NCBI RefSeq assembly: GCF_009914755.1
Contig: NC_060926.1
Source of the DNA: the human T2T-CHM13v2.0 reference genome, Homo sapiens
Length of the DNA: 64,000 bases
Direction: 5' to 3' (one strand)
The position numbers and the translations under genes are program-made. The notes under the pieces are model-generated. The model was not told where the DNA came from. It was given only the letters and a program-made list of their open reading frames with translations, and ran no database searches. Positions within the stretch are counted from its first letter, which is position 1. Each line of letters starts with the position of its first letter. Of the stretch, positions 45,101-60,300 are shown piece by piece.

Positions 45101-46064
45101 TTATCTTTGCATTAGCTAAAAAACAAATTAATAGTTCAGGTCCTCAGCCGCACACAGGCAGTTTTCTCCACGGTCCAAATTGTTGCCCGAATTCACCCAG
45201 ACCCCGCTGTCCTCCGCTTTTTCATGCAGACATTCAAACAACTGCCTCCCTTCCTCCTGGCACCCCTCCTGGCACCCCCATCCCATCGCCAGCAGCCTCC
45301 AAACCAGTTTCCCTCCTGTCCTCATCTCAGCCACCCATGACTCACACACACATCTGTCTCCCCTGGCCCACTTTTCACCTGGTCCTCATAATCTATGCAT
45401 AAACATTAACGTACCACAGGTCAATCTGCATACTGATTACTTCTGCTCTGGTCAAATTCTTGCTTTCAGGATCAGGAGGCTTTCTCCCCACACCAAACTG
45501 GGCCTGAGGAAATAGTGTCTTGTCTTCCTGTCACCCCTCCCGTAGTTGCATGTCTAATGAGACAAGGGGTGTCTCAGGTGAAGCAGGACAGGGAGGATGC
45601 CAGCACTTGGGTGGTAGAGGTTTGAGGAGTGCCTGTTGGGGGATGTGTTGGGGAAGGAGGACTTTTCACATATGGCTCATTGTGTCGGGATGATTTCGTT
45701 GTTAAATAAGCACCTACAGGATGATTTCACATTCCATACTTCTAAGTTTTTATAATTTAAATTCTTTCCGCCAGGCTGGGTTTTTTTTTTTTTTCCAAAC
45801 TTTAAATCTGTGGCTAGAATTGGTTTGATTTACCTAATCCTGCCCCTGAGATTTAGCCCCATCCCTGAGAGCCCCCTCAGAGCCACCCACAGCCAGGACA
45901 CCTCTGCTGGCCTCCCCTTCCCCAGCCTTCCAACTTGTGGCAGGCCCCCGGCTCTGGCCTCCCCCTATATGGGAATGAGCCAGCTGCACCGCTGCTGACA
46001 GTGGCTGGGATAATCCTCCCTGAGCTGTTCCAAGGATTAGTCCTGCTGCCCTGTGCCCAGCTCC

Positions 46065-47592
<1,528 letters not shown>

Positions 47593-48039
47593 TCATGTTG
47601 CTGGAATGCTTGTAACCCTGCCCTGCTTCACCAGGGTAACTCCTACTTGGCCTTTAAGTTTATCTCTGCTGTCACACCGTCCAGAAAGCCTTCTCCCAGC
47701 ACCACAACCCCTCCACCAAGGGTTAGGTGTCTCCAGCAGATGCTGCACAGCTGGCTGCCCTTTGCCCACCCTCCCCTTCTTTCTCATAGAATCCTAGGAC
47801 TCCTATGTATCTAGAAGGAGTTGTGTGGTCCAGTGCTGGCCAAGAAGATGTGAGAGCAAGTCGCTGGGTGGAGATTCTTAGGAAAACTTCTTAAAAAGAA
47901 TGAGACTCTGGGCTCCTTTCTGCCTTTTACCATTTTTGTGTATGCTTGCCTTCTTCCCACCTGGGACTCTGATGCAGCACCTGTGAATGGGCACACATAT
48001 TACAGCTCTTAGGCTGAAACCCACGTTCTCAGGCAGAGG

Positions 48040-48627
48040 TCTCTTGTGGGCATTTAGTGCTATAAATGTCTCTTTACACACTGCTTTAAATGCGTCCCAG
48101 GTCTTAGGGTATATACCCAAAGGATTATAAATCGTGCTACTATAAAGACACATGCACATGTATGTTTATTGTGGCAGTATTCACAATAGCAAAGACTTTG
48201 AACCAACCCAAATGTCCATCAATGACAGACTGGATTAAGAGAATGTGGCACATATATACCATGGGATACTATGCAGCCATTAAAAAGGATGAGTTCATGT
48301 CCTTTGCAGGGACATGGATGAAGCTGGAAACCATCATTCTGAGCAAACTATCACAAAGACAGAAAACCAAACACTGCATGTTCTCACTCACAGGTGGGAA
48401 TTGAACAATGAGAGCGCTTGGACATGGGGCAGAGAACATCATACACTGGGGCCTGTCAGTGGGTGGGGGGCTGGGGGAGGGATAGCATTAGAAGAAATAC
48501 CTAATGTAAATGACAAGTTGATGGGTGCAGCAAACCAACATGGCACACGCATATCTATGTATCCAACCTGCACATTATGCACATGTACCCTAGAACTTAA
48601 GTATATAAAAAAAAAAAGAAAAAAAAC
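48040..48627 (+). mobile_element. L1PA 3' end with a short inverted 5' piece (48040-48100)
   Basis: gggtatatacccaaaggattataaatc...cctagaacttaagtata-A tail; upstream piece is reverse ORF2 (WDAFKAVC). Confidence 0.85.
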
Positions 48628-48689
48628 TTTCACCTTTTTCCAAAGTGTTGGGATTATGGATGTGAGCAACCACATCTGGTCCTTTTTTT

Positions 48690-49100
48690 TTTTTTTAATG
48701 GAGGTGAAATTCACATAAGTTTGACCATTTTAAAGTGAACAATCAGTGGCATTCAGTACATTCACCATGTTGTGCCAACACTATCTCTATGTAGTTCCAA
48801 AACATTTTCATCAGCTCAAAATGAAACCTTGTACCCATGAAGCAGCCACTTCCCATTCTCCCCTCCCCTTAGCCCCTGGAAATCGGCTTTCTTTCTCCAC
48901 AGATTTACATATTCTGTATATTTCCTATAAATGGAATTACACAATAGGTGACCTGTGTCTGGCTTCTTCCACTTAACCTAATGCTTTTGAGGTTCAGTCA
49001 CATGGTGCCATGGATCAGCTCTGCCTTCCTTTTTATGACTAATACTCCACTGTATGTCCATATCACCATTTGTGTATTCACTCATTAATCTATGGACACA
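48690..49100 (-). mobile_element. L1MB 3' fragment
   Basis: gaggtgaaattcacata...ttcagtacattcaccatgttgtg. Confidence 0.75.
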
Positions 49101-50391
49101 AGCCTCATTTTTAAGCACTTCAAATATGTTAACTCACTGAATCCTCACCACAAAGACAGATTCAGTTATTACATATTGATAGAGTGAAAACTGAGGCACA
49201 GGTAACATGCCTAGGATCACGTGGCTATGAAGCAGAAAGAGGACTCCAGCCGAGGCAGTCTAGTCCCAAAGTCCTTCCCTTCCTAGTAACCACTATGCTC
49301 TCCTGCCTCTCAGAGAACAACCCACATAGCACAACACGAGGGCTAAGCTGTCTGGTCTGTCTGGTGAAGCTTCAAATGCTGTTCATTTCAGATAAGGGGA
49401 GGTTCCTGGGCTGCAGAGGCTTCCTAGAGGAGGAAGACCATGTAAGGTCTAACTCAGGGCAGGTCAGGATGGTGTGAACTCACTCTGAACACAGTCACCG
49501 ATGGGTGTTTATGAAAACTGGCTCTGGAACTCCCACAGGGAAGGTTCTTATCTTTGCGTGCACAACACAGAGCCCTCTGGGTAGACTTCTAGACCCAGGC
49601 CTCTTTCAAATACATTAGAAACCTCAGCAAGATAAACTATTTTCTGTCTGGCTGCATCTGTCTATCTGTTTAGAGAGCAGGACATTTCCATCCTCCTCTC
49701 TCCAGGCATCCTTGGAAGTCTTTCCCACAAGCAAGACATCTTGGTGAAATTTAATGCTGCAGAGGGAAATGGTTTTCAGGAGAGAGGAGTCTGTTCCCGG
49801 AACTGTAGCACAAAAGCTAGAGGCTGAGTAGGAACATCTTAAACTAAGTCCTCAGTCTTATTTCCAGTTTTCTTCCTGTAGATCGGGGCTTAGGACACCC
49901 TGTCACATTTTCTTCACTCCTCCACCAGGAATTCCTAAAGTCCATGCTCTTGGATCCTGGCAAATCGAGGAGGCTGGGGGATGTGGCAAGCTTCAGCAAG
50001 ACTGCCTGGGACCAACCCTGCAGCCTTAATTTCCCAGGCCCACTCAGCCCAGCTGGCCAGCAAAGGCAGGCAGGGCTTCCGTGTCCACACATGAGAATGA
50101 CCTGCAGCTGTTCTTTGTCCAGGCTGAGGTCCAGGATTCCCATTGCAGCTCCTAGGAAATCTTTAAAATTAGGTCGGGGATGAGGCTGTCAGTAGATTAG
50201 GTAGGGAACTTTTATGAAGTTGAGGGTGAACCATCTGGAGGGTGAACTGGCTGGTGTGATTTAGAACTGGGGGTGGTGCCTAGCAGTGCATTTGTGAGAA
50301 GACACAGCCAGGCTTGGTATATGATGTGGTGTGTGTGTATATTCACAGGCATCGTGGAGCATATACACTTTTTTTGTGTGTGTTGAAATAA

Positions 50392-50708
<317 letters not shown>

Positions 50709-51000
50709 AGATTACAAAATACTTTGACATCTTTTCTCTACAGCCCTCAAAAGGAGGCAGGGCAAGCACAATTAAATCCCATTACAAATGGGGTGACTGA
50801 AGCTCCATTCATGGCTTGCCCAGGGTCACACAAAGAATGAATAGCAGAGCCCTGAGCCTGTGTGCTTCCCTCTGTGCCAGGCTGCTTTACCCAGGCATGG
50901 GTGCACCTTGTGCATGGGACATTTCTCCTTTGTTGTGTCCTGAGTACCTTAAGCCACTCAGATATTGCTCAGGTGGAGTGAGGGGAAAATGTTTTCAGGT

Positions 51001-51239
51001 TGTATTAGTCAAAACAAAATACCACACACTGGGCGACTTTAAAATCATACATTTATCCCTCACAGTTCTGGAGGCTTGGAAGTCCAAGTTCAAGGTGGCA
51101 GCTGGACGGGTTCCTGGTGAGGGCTCTCTTCCTGGTTTGCAGACAGCCACCTTCTCTTCGCATCCTCACTTGGTGGGAAAAGACAGAGGAGAGAAAGAGA
51201 GAGAGAGAAATGAGATAGAGAGAGAGAGAGAAATGAGAT

Positions 51240-51282
<43 letters not shown>

Positions 51283-51450
51283 CAGAGAGACAATGCTCTC
51301 TTTTCTTACCAGATCTATAATGAGGGCCCCACCCCATGACCTCATCTAACCGTAATTACCTACCAAAGGCCCATCTCCACATACCATCACATTAGGGGTT
51401 AGGGTTTCAACATAAGAATTTGGAGAGGACATAAACATTCTGTCTACAAC
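51001..51450 (-). mobile_element. MLT1A-like LTR containing a (GA)n tract at about 51182-51290
   Basis: tgtattagtc...ctcacagttctggaggcttggaagtccaag...gttagggtttcaacataagaatt. Confidence 0.75.
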
Positions 51451-51612
51451 ATGAGTGGAGATCCATCTCTTCCTTACCTCTGGTAAGGGGACCACACGCT
51501 GCAGCCAGTGAGACAGTGGCATGTTCTTGTTACAACTCAATCTAACTCCCCCAGAAGAGGAGGCAGGGAAGGCGGACAAAACTGGGAGAGGGAGAGAGTG
51601 TTAGGAAGAGAG

Positions 51613-51802
51613 TAGGGTGGCCAGAGGCAGCAAATAAAATATAAAATGCTTAATTTTGAATCTCAGATAAACAACCAATAATGTTTTTTAGCATAAGTAT
51701 GTCCCAAACTAAGCTTGGGAAATATTTATGCTACGAAATTATTCGTTGTTTATCTAAAATTCAAACTAGCTGGGCATCCTGTCTTTTAATCTGGCAACCC
51801 TA
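51613..51802. mobile_element. MER53 palindromic hAT element
   Basis: Inverted ends tagggtggccaga / tctggcaacccta and a long internal palindrome. Confidence 0.85.
51642..51779 (-). ncRNA. MIR1302-3: miR-1302 precursor hairpin; mature UUGGGACAUACUUAUGCUAAA at 51707-51687
   Basis: Plus strand reads tttagcataagtatgtcccaa, the reverse complement of recalled mature miR-1302; paralog number inferred. Confidence 0.85.
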
Positions 51803-51944
51803 AAAGGCAAGAGCCAAAAATGCCGGAGGGAAGCCAACGGATTCCAGGAGGGACAACTGCTGGACTTTGGACTGATGATGCTCTTTTTATATATTTAACT
51901 TTTTAAAAAAGCCTCTTTTCTTTCTTTTTACCAGCTTTTCACTA

Positions 51945-52245
51945 GCTTTTTAAAAATTGGGGTAAAACATACATAACCTAAAATTCACCGTCTAAACCAT
52001 TTTTCAGCATACAGTTCAGTGGGATTAAGTAGATTCACACCGTTGTGCCGCCATCACTACCACTCATTTCCAGCACCTTTCCATCACCCCAGCCTGAAAC
52101 TCTACCCATTGAACACGAGCTGCCCAACTCCGCCTTGCTTCCCCATTCCTGGCGACCACTGCTTCTGTCTCTGTGAATTCTGACTACTCTAGGCACTTCA
52201 CAAAAGTGGACTCATACGATATCTGTAGTTTTGCGTCTGGCTTCT
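51945..52245 (-). mobile_element. L1MB 3' fragment
   Basis: ggtaaaacatacataacctaaaattcacc...tctgtctctgtgaattctgactactctagg. Confidence 0.75.
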
Positions 52246-52339
52246 CTATTTAATTCTTAAAGGGGGGTGGGAACTAAACAGATCACAAGGGAGCTGCCCA
52301 CAGAGGTAAAGACAAGGTCAGATAGGCTGAGAGACGCAG

Positions 52340-53410
52340 GAAAGCGGGTCAATGTGTAGGGCTGGAGGGCAGGGGCGGGCCCTGGGCCTGGGCTGGGGGT
52401 CCTGCCCCGGGGCGCACCCAGGGCGAGGGCTGCCCGGAGGAGCCGAGGCTGGCGGACAGCTTGGCCCTGAGCTTGAGGGGAAGGCAGCGATGGGACAAAG
52501 GACGGAGGTCTAGGAAGAGGGTCTGCAGAGCAGAAAGCACGGGTAGGGGCGGCCTGACGCTCGGAAGACAACGGATGGGAGCCGTGTGCACGTCGGGAGC
52601 TCGGAGTGAGCGTGAGTTCCGTGCCCAGGCCCGCGACTCGGTCCACCAGGACAGCGCTCCGGGTCGACGGGGTCCTGGAGCCGCGCTCGGGGAGGGCGCA
52701 GCGGAGGGTGAGCGGCGGCGTTAGGACCCGGAGGCGCGGGCGGAGGTGGCGGGGCTAGGACCCAGCGGCTCCGGCAGAGCGGAAGCGGCGGCGGGAGCTT
52801 CCGGGAGGGCGGCTCGCGGGTGAGGAGGCGTCCGGGGCCGCGGGAAGTAGGGTCGTGGGGGCCTGGCGGGGCGAAGTAGGGGACCCGGAGGGGCTGGAGG
52901 GAGGCGGGCGGGAGGCCCGGGACCGTTCCTGACCGAGAAGCCTGCGCCAAGCTGGTGTTCCGCGGCCGCTGCCCGGTGCCCGGCTCCACTGCGAACGCCG
53001 CCGCTGGGCCCCGACCGCCCGGGAGGCGTCTTGGGCTCGCCCCGGAGCTTCCTCCCTGGAGCCGCGCCCTGCACCCGGCCTTGCCCGGCCCTAGCAGGGA
53101 AGCCAAGGCTTGTGGGGCGCAGGGACCCGGGCTCTGCGGGGTCCCGGTTCCGCCTCCCCACTCCTGCGTCTTCCCGCCCCGGCCGGGTTCTGGGAAGCCT
53201 CGCGCGGCTCTTCCGCAGCTGCTGCCCGCCCGGATCTCCTGGTCCCTCGTAGGGGACCCCACTTCTCTGACACCGCGTTGGGTTCCCGGGGCCTACAGCG
53301 AGGCCTGTAACTCCGGGAGAGACCCTGGAGCGGGGTGTGGGAGAACGGTCTGGAGGAAGGGCTCCGAGCACTTCGAAAGTATAAACCGCGGTCCCAAAGA
53401 GGCGTGCTGT
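52340..53410. promoter_or_regulatory. CpG island / bidirectional WASH promoter
   Basis: Dense CpG, GC boxes, ETS-like gcggaagc and cgggaagt; two donors gtgagt (52612) and gtgagg (52820). Confidence 0.9.
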
Positions 53411-54589
53411 GTCTGCATTTTCCTGGGAGTGCACGGTTTACATTCTGTAAAGCAGTGCTGTCGACTAGAAATTTTGTGCGATACACATGTACAAGTTTTG
53501 TCACTTAAAAAGAATTTGAAAAAACTTCATAGATGCAAAAAAAAAAACCCACCATTATTAAAGAATACTTAGGCATTTGTGGAATGCATTGAAGAGTTAA
53601 CAAAATGGATAGGCAGGAAATATCGCAGACCTAGAGTGAATTACAGTTACCCACTGTGGAACTGAGGAGCTAGGGTTTCTCATAAAACTCCCTGATAGGA
53701 GACGACTTTTGATAAAAATTTTTTTCCGCCAACAAAATCCCCTGTCTTCTCCACTAGTTATTGTCTGTCCACTAAATAAGAGGTGGTCCGTCACTTCTTC
53801 AGATGAGCAACTACAGGCTTTTCAAAAGATAATTGCTAATCAACCCCTTTGTGCCTGGGTTTTCTTATTTGTAAAAATAGATACTACTACCTAACTCCAA
53901 AGTGTGTGGTGAAGACAAACAACTGGGGTGATGTATACTAAAGTAACGAAAGTGTTGACCACACACTACGGGCTGGTTAGTGTTAGATTCCCTTGTTTTT
54001 CCCTCAGTATCAAAAACAGATCTAATTTAGGTTTACATAAAGACAAAGTATGAAGATAAGGTGACTTACAGTTGGTACTACTAACAAAATGGGCTAAGAT
54101 TTGCATTATTGCATGAAAACAACAAAACATATCAATAAATAACAAAAAGCTTGGAATTCAGACAACAGATCAAGTCTGGGCTTGATCTCAAGCTAGTGTT
54201 TTGATGTTGAAAAAATGTTATTTGGTCTTTCTAACCCCATTTCCTTATGTAAAATTGGGGATGATGATAAATTCACTGATAATAAGAGTTAAATGAGATT
54301 CTTGAGGACTCAGAATGGTTCTAACGTGTAAGTATTAGCAGTCATACTGTAGCATAAGAAAATACCGTCTGCTGAAAGAGGAACAATAAAGATTATCTAC
54401 ATGGTCATCATTTAAAAGCTACCAGATATAGGAAGAAGGGGCCATAAAATGATAACGTTATGATGATTAATTTTGATGCTTAGGTCAGAGTCCATTCTAG
54501 GATATCTGCTGCCCAAAAACAGCAGAGACTCATTTCTTTGGAATCACAGGACGCTGAGTGAGAGGAAAGAAAAAGAAAAGAAATATTTA

Positions 54590-54845
54590 AGTCACATATG
54601 TGATTTCTAAAAGTAAAAAGAAACAGATGAAATTAGTAATATATTTTTAAAATCCAGTATATCCCAAGTATGGTTATTTTAGCATGTAATCAATATAAAA
54701 TAATAAGATATTTTACATTCTTTTTTTCTAGTCTTTGAAATTTGGTGCATATTTTACACTTATGGCACATCTCAATTCAGACTATCCACATTTCAAGTGC
54801 TCAGTGGCTGCATGTGCCTGGTGGCTACCATATTGGACAGCACAG
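54590..54845. mobile_element. MER33-like hAT-Charlie element
   Basis: ccacatttcaagtgctcagtggctgcatgtgcctggtggctaccatattggacagcacag end motif. Confidence 0.65.
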
Positions 54846-54897
54846 GTCTAAGGATTTCATTCCTGCCACAAGTCCAAACTCCTAGCTTTAATTTTGA

Positions 54898-55336
<439 letters not shown>

Positions 55337-57235
55337 GAGAGGCACACATTCTGCTAAGAGCTTTTTCCTGACTCCCCTAACTCCAAGAGGGATTTGTCAC
55401 TCCTTAGCTTTGTACTCATGACTGGAGTAGAATGAATTTAATTTGAGTTTAGTTGTTTTTGAGACTCTCCCTGGCTAGTGTAGTGTCTTATTCGTCTTTG
55501 TTGTGATCATGGCCTGCACCTAACAGATGATCAGTAGATGTTTGCAGACAGAAAGTAAACCACTCATCAGGTGTATTCAGTCCCGTTCTTGAACGGGCTT
55601 GCTGCCTCCTTTTTGAGGAGATCTGTGTATGTACTCTTCTTTCACGCATATGTGTGAGCAAACACACACACACTAACAAGAAATTCATCTGAAGATGTGC
55701 ACAGGAAATATCTTGCATCTTTACCCCCTTTGTGATCTTACATATGGGAGAACTGAGGCACAGAAATAAGTTAGGACAGCCAGCAAACTTGCATCAGTAT
55801 AAATACAAAGAAGGGAAGGGAGGAACATGCTTGAAAGGGGTGTGCTGGTCTCAGAGGGTTAGGTTTCTCAGTTGGCTGGGCATCAGCTGGCCATGCTTTA
55901 GTTATTTGATGGGAGGAAAAATAAGTGGGAGGTGAGGAGTAACTCCTGGGCTCTGATGAGTATTATAGGCAAGTACAGATCTGGAAAGCCTGTATGCAAA
56001 GGAGGAACTCACTGAAAAGTGCTGGCCTGAGGAGGGCAGAAGGGAGGGCTGGGGAAGCCAGCAGGGGGAGCAAAGGAGTAGGCTCCAGCTGGGTGAAGAT
56101 GTTGGTGTGGTATGTTATGTAAAATATACAAATTATTATTGGGAATAACCACGTCTCAGCAGTGCGAGTTCTCAGTTTGAAGAATGGGAAATGGAAAGGA
56201 TCAGATTCAGAGACGGCAACTTACTCAAGGTCACAGCATTTTAAACCCAAATGAAATCTCCTAGGCCCTTCATGCCACACTCATCCATCCCTACCTACTT
56301 GTGTTGCAACCAAGGGCCCCACTGTAGTGCCTAGGGGAGCAGGTCTAGGGCATAGTGCCAGGCCTGATTAATGTCTTCCTTACCATTTTCCAGCGAGGGG
56401 CTGTGATTAGGCCTATTTATAGGGGCCTGGTCCCTTAATATTCTGCCTGGTGCATCTCTTGCCAATCAAATCAGTGCTGTCTGCAGTGTGATTGCTGCTT
56501 TAGTGGCACCAGGGAGAGGAGTTAATTAAACCCAATATAAATAGACTCTGCCCTCACTGTGCAATTCCAGGAGTGTTTTTCCTTCCTGTCCTCTACCCCC
56601 ACAGGCACCTCTTTCCTCTTGGCCCCCTAAGCTCTAGCCTGGGTGAGCAGGGCTGGATACTCCTATACCTAGAGTCACTAGCCACTGCCCAGTCTGTTTC
56701 AGGAGCAGGCCTCAAATTCCTCAGGGGTTAAAGTGGGAAGAACCCGTGTGTGCGCATTTTTTGTGCTTTTCCAGAACTGGGTACCATTTGGCAGTTGATC
56801 ACGCAATCTCCCCCGCTACCCCATTTCTACCCCTTTGTTTCCAGCCTCTTCTTTCCTCTGCAACCAAGGTTTCTTGTTTATCCAAGGTGGGGAGCTGAAC
56901 TGAGACAATGTATGGAAAGGGTGCCTGGCAGGTAGCAAGCACCTTGTAGGGGGTCAGAAATGTTGCACCTTCTCTGAACTCCTCCATTGACCCTACAGAT
57001 TCCCCAGTCCCTGGCCCTGCCCTTTCCCTCATTCACTCAGCAGGCATCAGCAGAGTCCCATCTATGCGCTCCTGGCCTCTCAGCAAATGCTCTGTCCCCT
57101 ACTCCCCTATCTGTGCAGGCTGAAGCTATGTGCATAGTTGGGATGAGGGCTGTGTTGTCTCAACACCACGCTGCCCTGTGGTGGGGGCGTGCCGGTGGTC
57201 GTGGGTGGCTCTGATGCTCCGGCTCCGACCCACAG

Positions 57236-57389
57236 GCACCATGACTCCTGTGAGGATGCAGCACTCCCTGGCAGGTCAGACCTATGCCGTGCCCCTCATC
57301 CAGCCAGACCTGCGGTGAGAGGAGGCCGTCCAGCAGATGGCAGATGCCCTGCAGTACCTGCAGAAGGTCTCTGGAGACATCTTCAGCAG
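57236..57389 (+). pseudogene. WASH2P: WASH first coding exon (ATG 57241, TGA 57316-57318)
   Basis: cacag|gcaccATG, donor ag|gtgggt; in-frame TGA at codon 26. Confidence 0.93.
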
Positions 57390-60300
57390 GTGGGTGCTGC
57401 CACTCACCCCCACCTGATGAGAGGGCCATCCCTGTCCTGGGCAATCCCAGCAACACACCCTCTGGGAGCAGCCCCCTTGGGGAATCCCGGTCCTGGGGAA
57501 CCCATCTGGCTTCCCTGTGTGGGAGGGGCTGAAGTGAGAGCCCAACTTGGAAGCTTTTACTCCTGGGAGTCCGAGAGCTCACTCCCTTCCACCCCACTTA
57601 GCCTCCTGGTTTCCTGTGGTGGCTCTGCTCTCACAACTCATGCTTTTCCTCCCATTGGAGGGCCTATTCCTTCACGTTTTCCTGCAGCCAACAAATATTT
57701 ACCCAGTAGTGCTCGTGTGCAAGGCAGTGTGGGAATCTCTATATATCCAGCCACGGATAAGGCAACATACCTCTCCACCTGGAGCGCACATTCTGGCAGG
57801 AGAGAAAGACCTAAATAAGCAATAGATGATTAGTTCTTCAATAACAGTTGTGACAAGGTCTATTGATAATATTTTGTAATCACTAATATTCATATAAACC
57901 GTGCACCACCATTGATTTGAGTGCATTAACTCACACTTCATGAGCAGGCACTGCCGTCATCTCATTTTATAGATGAGGAAACTGAGGCACAGAAAGGCTG
58001 AGAGACCTGGCCTAGTGACAGAGCCAGGATTCAAAGCCATAGATCATGGTCCTGGGTTATGTAGGTTATTACTGCATCTGTTCAGGGGAGATGGGGTACT
58101 GTGAGGCTCGTCATGGGAAGCCTGGCTTGGTCTCAGGTCAGGGAAGGCAGATGTGAGGAAATGACATTTATGGTAAAGTCTGAGGGTTGAGTGGGTAGGT
58201 TGGGAAGAACATTCCAGAAAGAAGCACATGAACTACAGCCTGGAGGTGGAGGACCTAAAAGGAAGCCAGCATGGCTGGAGCACGGAGTGGCCATTGAGGG
58301 AGGCGAGCTGGAGGGCTGCAGCTTCTTGTATTGGCAGTGCTGACCTCGCACAGTCCTTGGGCTCCAGTGACTTCACTCAGTGTTTATCTAACATGAGTGA
58401 GTGAATGGTGTTTGCTGTTTTTTTGGCAAAGGTCCCAGGGGTTGTCGGGTACACAGGTCCTGTCTTTGGCCATAAGCAAACTGAAATGAGGCTTGGTCTC
58501 CTTCCCAGGATTCCACACCATGCCTCACATGGTAGACCCCAGCGGGAAGTATGTGACTGCCTGACTCAGGTGCCTCTCGTGGTCCAAGCCATCCCTGCCC
58601 TGTCCCTTCCCTGGTTGTTGCCAGACCTGGAGCCCCTGCTCCTTCGCTTTGCAGCCTCCTCTTCTGTCACCAACTGGGAACCCACTTCTTCCTGAAAGTC
58701 CTCCCCCACGGACTCACCGGCTTGCCCCAAGCTTGTCAAGAATGTCCCAGTAACCAGGGGACACACACTGAAGTGACTGAGGGGTTACCTTGGAGTTGAT
58801 GCCTTGGCTCAGATCCAGCTCCCCTGTTTTCTTCCTCTGTAACCTTGGGCAACCCAACCCCTCTAAGCCTCGGTGTTCTCATTTGTGAAGTTGTGGTAAT
58901 AATGGTAGCTTCCTGGTAGAATTATTGTAAATATTAAATTAATCAAAACATGCAAAGGAATGGAACAGTGCCTGGCACCTAGGAAGCCTTCAGGAAATGC
59001 TATCTCTTCCCTGTTGATAATCTTGACCCGTACACTGCCTTTGGTTGCCATTCATGAACCTGCCACCAATAGTAACAAAGTGCTGGATGCACCTTTTGTG
59101 CTTATCTTTGTGCTAAATGTGCCCGAGGGAAGCCTAGGGAAGAGGATGCAGGTCTTTAAGAGCCATCAGCTCCAGATTATGGCCACCCCATGTCCAGCAC
59201 TTAGAATGGAGGCCAAAACCATTCCCTCGGAAATTGTGTTTCCTTGCCAAGATGGGGACTGCGTGGTTGCCCTTCTCTGAGGGCAGCGCTGGATTTTTGG
59301 CGTCTTTCCTTTCCTGTCCTGGTACTTGGCACCTTGTAGACAGTTGCATGTCCCCTGCCCAGGGATGGGATGAGGAGAGGGCAGGAAGGCATTTCCTGGG
59401 TAGTGGAGTGCTGCGTTCATTGAGTGTGGGTTCTCCAAGCTGCTGGCACAGCGCAGGGAGGGCCAGATGCCTCTCAGGAGCCTTGGGCCTGAGTCCTGGC
59501 TCCCTCACTCCTGGGTTCCAGGTCACTGCATCTGTCTCTCCACCATGTGCTCCACCTCGTGCTGGACCTTAAGAGATACCAATTATGTGGCTGCCACTGT
59601 GTCCTAGAGGCTGGAATGGGAACACATAGGGCGAGATTGATTGTTAATTGCTAGCATGAACCGCGTGGGCTTCTCAGGGTCTAGAGTGGAGAGAAATCGG
59701 TAAGAATTGGTGGCACGCCTGTCAGAACTCCCCAGACCAAGCTAAGCAGAAATTAACCAATCAGTAGAGCAGCCTTCGGAGTAAGGGCTAAAATGATGTC
59801 CTCAGGGCCTGGTTTTGCTTTCCTTCCATGTCAGTTTGCTTCTTTGGGTCTGGCTGCATTCCCAGACAGGCCATGCTGTCGTGGTAGCAAGGTGACATGA
59901 CACAGGGTCAGGTCCAGCAGGAAAGAATGCTCTCCTGTGTCCCCACTTCCTCCAGAAGCCACACTCACCCATCCCACCTGGCTTGGTCCTCATGTCTATC
60001 CCAGAATCCATTACTGGGGCCAGGGGACTATGACACAACCACTTGGCTTAGACTGAGGAGCTCTGTGGGCAGCCCCACCTGAAGCTCTGGGACTAAGCCT
60101 GCGAGAGAGATGGATTCCCCAAGGGAAATGGGGCCATTGCTTGAGTAAAAAGGAAATAGTTGCTGAAGAGGAAAACCACGTGCTTACTCCACACAGGGCA
60201 GACTCCTGGAAGAGGGGGGCAGGGTAGGGAGGTGGATATGCAGGTTGCCCTGGTGGGGTCTGGAAATGGGGGCCGCAGGCTTGGAGGGAGGCCTCAGTGT

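Larger units (their letters stand above)
51050..52590 (-). ncRNA. MIR1302 host-gene-like lncRNA, divergent from WASH; exons about 52590-52106, 51581-51478, 51168-about 51050
   Basis: Minus-strand splice sites present: tgg|gtagag, ctctcccag|, cagag|gtaagg, cccaccaag|; layout matches recalled paralogous host transcripts; outer ends approximate. Confidence 0.55.

Noticed and set aside
48162-48718. 80-134 aa ORFs
   Set aside because: L1PA ORF2 C-terminus and 3' UTR
52257-53572. Overlapping 200-250 aa ORFs on both strands
   Set aside because: GC-rich island artefacts with Pro/Gly/Arg bias and no domain
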